Assembly: GCA_037380845.1 (NCBI GenBank)
Contig: JARRRI010000062.1
Span: 14,371 to 32,400 of the forward strand
Direction of reading: 5' to 3'
From: Candidatus Sulfobium sp.
GTDB taxonomy: Bacteria; Nitrospirota; Thermodesulfovibrionia; Thermodesulfovibrionales; UBA6898
Length of the DNA stretch: 18,030 nt
Made by a program: the position numbers and the translations under genes
Notes under the pieces: generated by a model
The model's database searches: none
Seen by the model: the letters and a program-made list of their open reading frames with translations, nothing else
What the model was told of the DNA's origin: nothing
Shown here: in pieces, positions 16,784-18,030 of the stretch
How positions within the stretch are numbered: the first letter of the stretch is position 1
How the letters are laid out: the number at the start of each line of letters is the position of its first letter

Positions 16784-16877
16784 GGGGGATAAGGGGCTGG
16801 TGCCCCACCTGGTCTGCAAAACTGTGCTCGCGCCCTGAGGGGGTTGCGGTGGGTTCGATTCCCACTATCCTCCTCCA
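16784..16877 (+). tRNA. tRNA-Sec-like tRNA with Cys identity (selC*-type tRNA-Cys, anticodon GCA)
   Basis: Acceptor GGGGGATA/TATCCTCC (8 bp), U73 and encoded CCA. D arm GGGGC-TGGT-GCCCC. Anticodon loop CT-GCA-AA (16814-16820). Long variable arm at 16829-16848. T arm GTGGG-TTCGATT-CCCAC. Total 94 nt. Confidence 0.88.
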
Positions 16878-16901
16878 AAAAAGTGAAAGGAGACTCAAAA
16901 A

Positions 16902-17507
16902 ATGATAATTGACGCAAGGGGTCTTGGATGCCCTAAGCCGGTCTTGTTGGCGGAGGAAGCCCTCGCCGGGATAAAGGACGGTATAGTGGAAGTGCTGGTG
17001 GATGATGAAGGTTCATCGGAAAATGTCTTGACATTCGCTCAAAGTGCCGGCTGTTATGGCGAAGTTTCCAGAGAAGGTCGGGACTTCCGGGTCAAAATTG
17101 TGAAGGGATATACTTGCCGGCCTGCCAATACAATATCGGAAAAGAAAAGGGAGGAGGTCATAAATTCAAGGAAGGACATACTTATGGTGGTGGCTACTGA
17201 TCAGTTGGGCAAAGAGGAGGAGCTTGGCCGGATACTCATCAAAGGATTTTTTGAAACAATGACAGTAACGAAAGAAATTCCGCACACGATTTTCTTTCTC
17301 AATACAGGGGTGAAACTTACGACCCTTAATGAGGAACTGATAACCGTGCTGAATAAGATCGAGCAGATGGGGGCAGAGATCTTTTCGTGCGGCACCTGTC
17401 TCAAATATTACGGGCTTGAATCGAGCCTCAAGGTCGGTTACCGAGGGACAACCAACAACATCCTTGAGGGCATGGCTGACAGAATGAAAACCGTGTGGAT
17501 AGGCTAG
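16902..17507 (+). CDS. yedF: Sulfurtransferase-like selenium metabolism protein YedF (TusA/SirA plus DsrE-like domains)
   Basis: N-terminal IDARGLGCPKP (CPxP). C-terminal DQLG..ELGRIL, FFLNTGVKLT and SCGTCL. SD GAAAGGAG; starts 24 nt after the tRNA CCA. Confidence 0.88.
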   Translation: MIIDARGLGCPKPVLLAEEALAGIKDGIVEVLVDDEGSSENVLTFAQSAGCYGEVSREGRDFRVKIVKGYTCRPANTISEKKREEVINSRKDILMVVATDQLGKEEELGRILIKGFFETMTVTKEIPHTIFFLNTGVKLTTLNEELITVLNKIEQMGAEIFSCGTCLKYYGLESSLKVGYRGTTNNILEGMADRMKTVWIG

Positions 17508-17702
17508 CTGACCTCAAATCGATAAGAACGTTCAGAAAGAACTCCCTCCCTGGGGTCGGAACAAGGCAACTATTTCAAATTACGCAAAAGGAGCGGGGAA
17601 ATAGGGCTTCTTTTGGCCTTGGAAGCAATAGTCAAGAATTATCTTTGCGGCACTTGCAGACGCTTTTGTCGACTTCTTCCTGAAGCCCTCATTTCTGAAA
17701 CC

Positions 17703-17711
17703 TGATATAAT
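17703..17711 (+). promoter_or_regulatory. Extended -10 promoter (TGaTATAAT)
   Basis: Motif lies about 55 nt upstream of ATG 17767. Confidence 0.55.
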
Positions 17712-17766
17712 TGTGTTAAGTACCAGAGGTAATTGATATAAGGAGGATTACCATAGGGAGGCACCA

Positions 17767-18030
17767 ATGAGAACACTAAAGATGTACGGCGGGATAGTCT
17801 TGGCGATCATCTTGCTCCTTGTCGGCATCGTCTTCTTGAAGGACCCCTACTCGGCCGGTCAATTCGTTTCCAACTATTTCGCCGTGGGAGACTTTGCGCG
17901 AGGCGTTTTTTCGGCAGGCCAATTTTCGGCGGGCATATTTGCCGCCGGCACCTTCGCGATCGGGGTGTTCTCCGCCGGGATTTTTTCTGTTGGCGTATTC
18001 TCCATTGGAGTGTTTTCGTTTGGGCTGTGC
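17767..18030 (+). CDS. Membrane protein with G-x-F-[SA]-x pentapeptide repeats (partial, runs off the window)
   Basis: Manual translation: MRTLKMYGGIVLAIILLLVGIVFLKDPYSAGQFVSNYFAVGDFARGVFSAGQFSAGIFAAGTFAIGVFSAGIFSVGVFSIGVFSFGLC. SD GGGAGG. Confidence 0.8.
   Translation, partial: MRTLKMYGGIVLAIILLLVGIVFLKDPYSAGQFVSNYFAVGDFARGVFSAGQFSAGIFAAGTFAIGVFSAGIFSVGVFSIGVFSFGLC

Noticed and set aside
16784..16877. Calling this a canonical tRNA-Sec (selC) or a canonical tRNA-Cys
   Set aside because: Anticodon GCA and U73 exclude standard tRNA-Sec. The 94-nt length, 4-nt D loop and long variable arm exclude standard tRNA-Cys.
16849..16877. Similarity to the tmRNA 3' end (GGGTTCGATTCCC...CCTCC.CCA) as an attR duplication
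   Set aside because: It is the T arm and acceptor of a complete, self-pairing tRNA, and the similarity is generic to T arms.
16510..16898. Minus-strand ORFs 16510-16716 and 16713-16898
   Set aside because: Antisense to the leader region and tRNA, and better explained by the plus-strand features.
1..18030. CRISPR array, rRNA, intact transposase or integrase
   Set aside because: No regularly spaced repeats or corresponding sequence motifs were seen.

Overview
Bacterial chromosomal segment. Gene content and the tmRNA tag suggest an anaerobic Nitrospirota/Thermodesulfovibrionia-like or deltaproteobacterial organism (inference). Positions 1-13932 are mostly housekeeping: partial vorB-type 2-oxoacid:ferredoxin oxidoreductase (-); glyQ-glyS-apgM-TatD/radical SAM fusion (+); a convergent cluster of radical SAM, yggS, proC, yggT, divIVA, hisS and a receiver protein (-); then smpB and tmRNA. 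hisS appears to lack about 30 internal codons. A decayed accessory islet follows the tmRNA 3' end, with a probably frameshifted secreted-protein gene, IS-end remnants, an attC-like site and a PD-(D/E)xK-like gene. The standout is 16419-17507. A near-consensus sigma70 promoter precedes an unannotated 41-codon ORF with a strong Shine-Dalgarno site, an in-frame UGA and an fdhF-like SECIS hairpin. Downstream lie a tRNA with tRNA-Sec architecture but cysteine identity (GCA anticodon, U73; selC*-type) and the selenium-metabolism gene yedF. This looks like a candidate selenium-sensing leader-peptide system controlling a selC*-tRNA-Cys/yedF operon (inference, untested).
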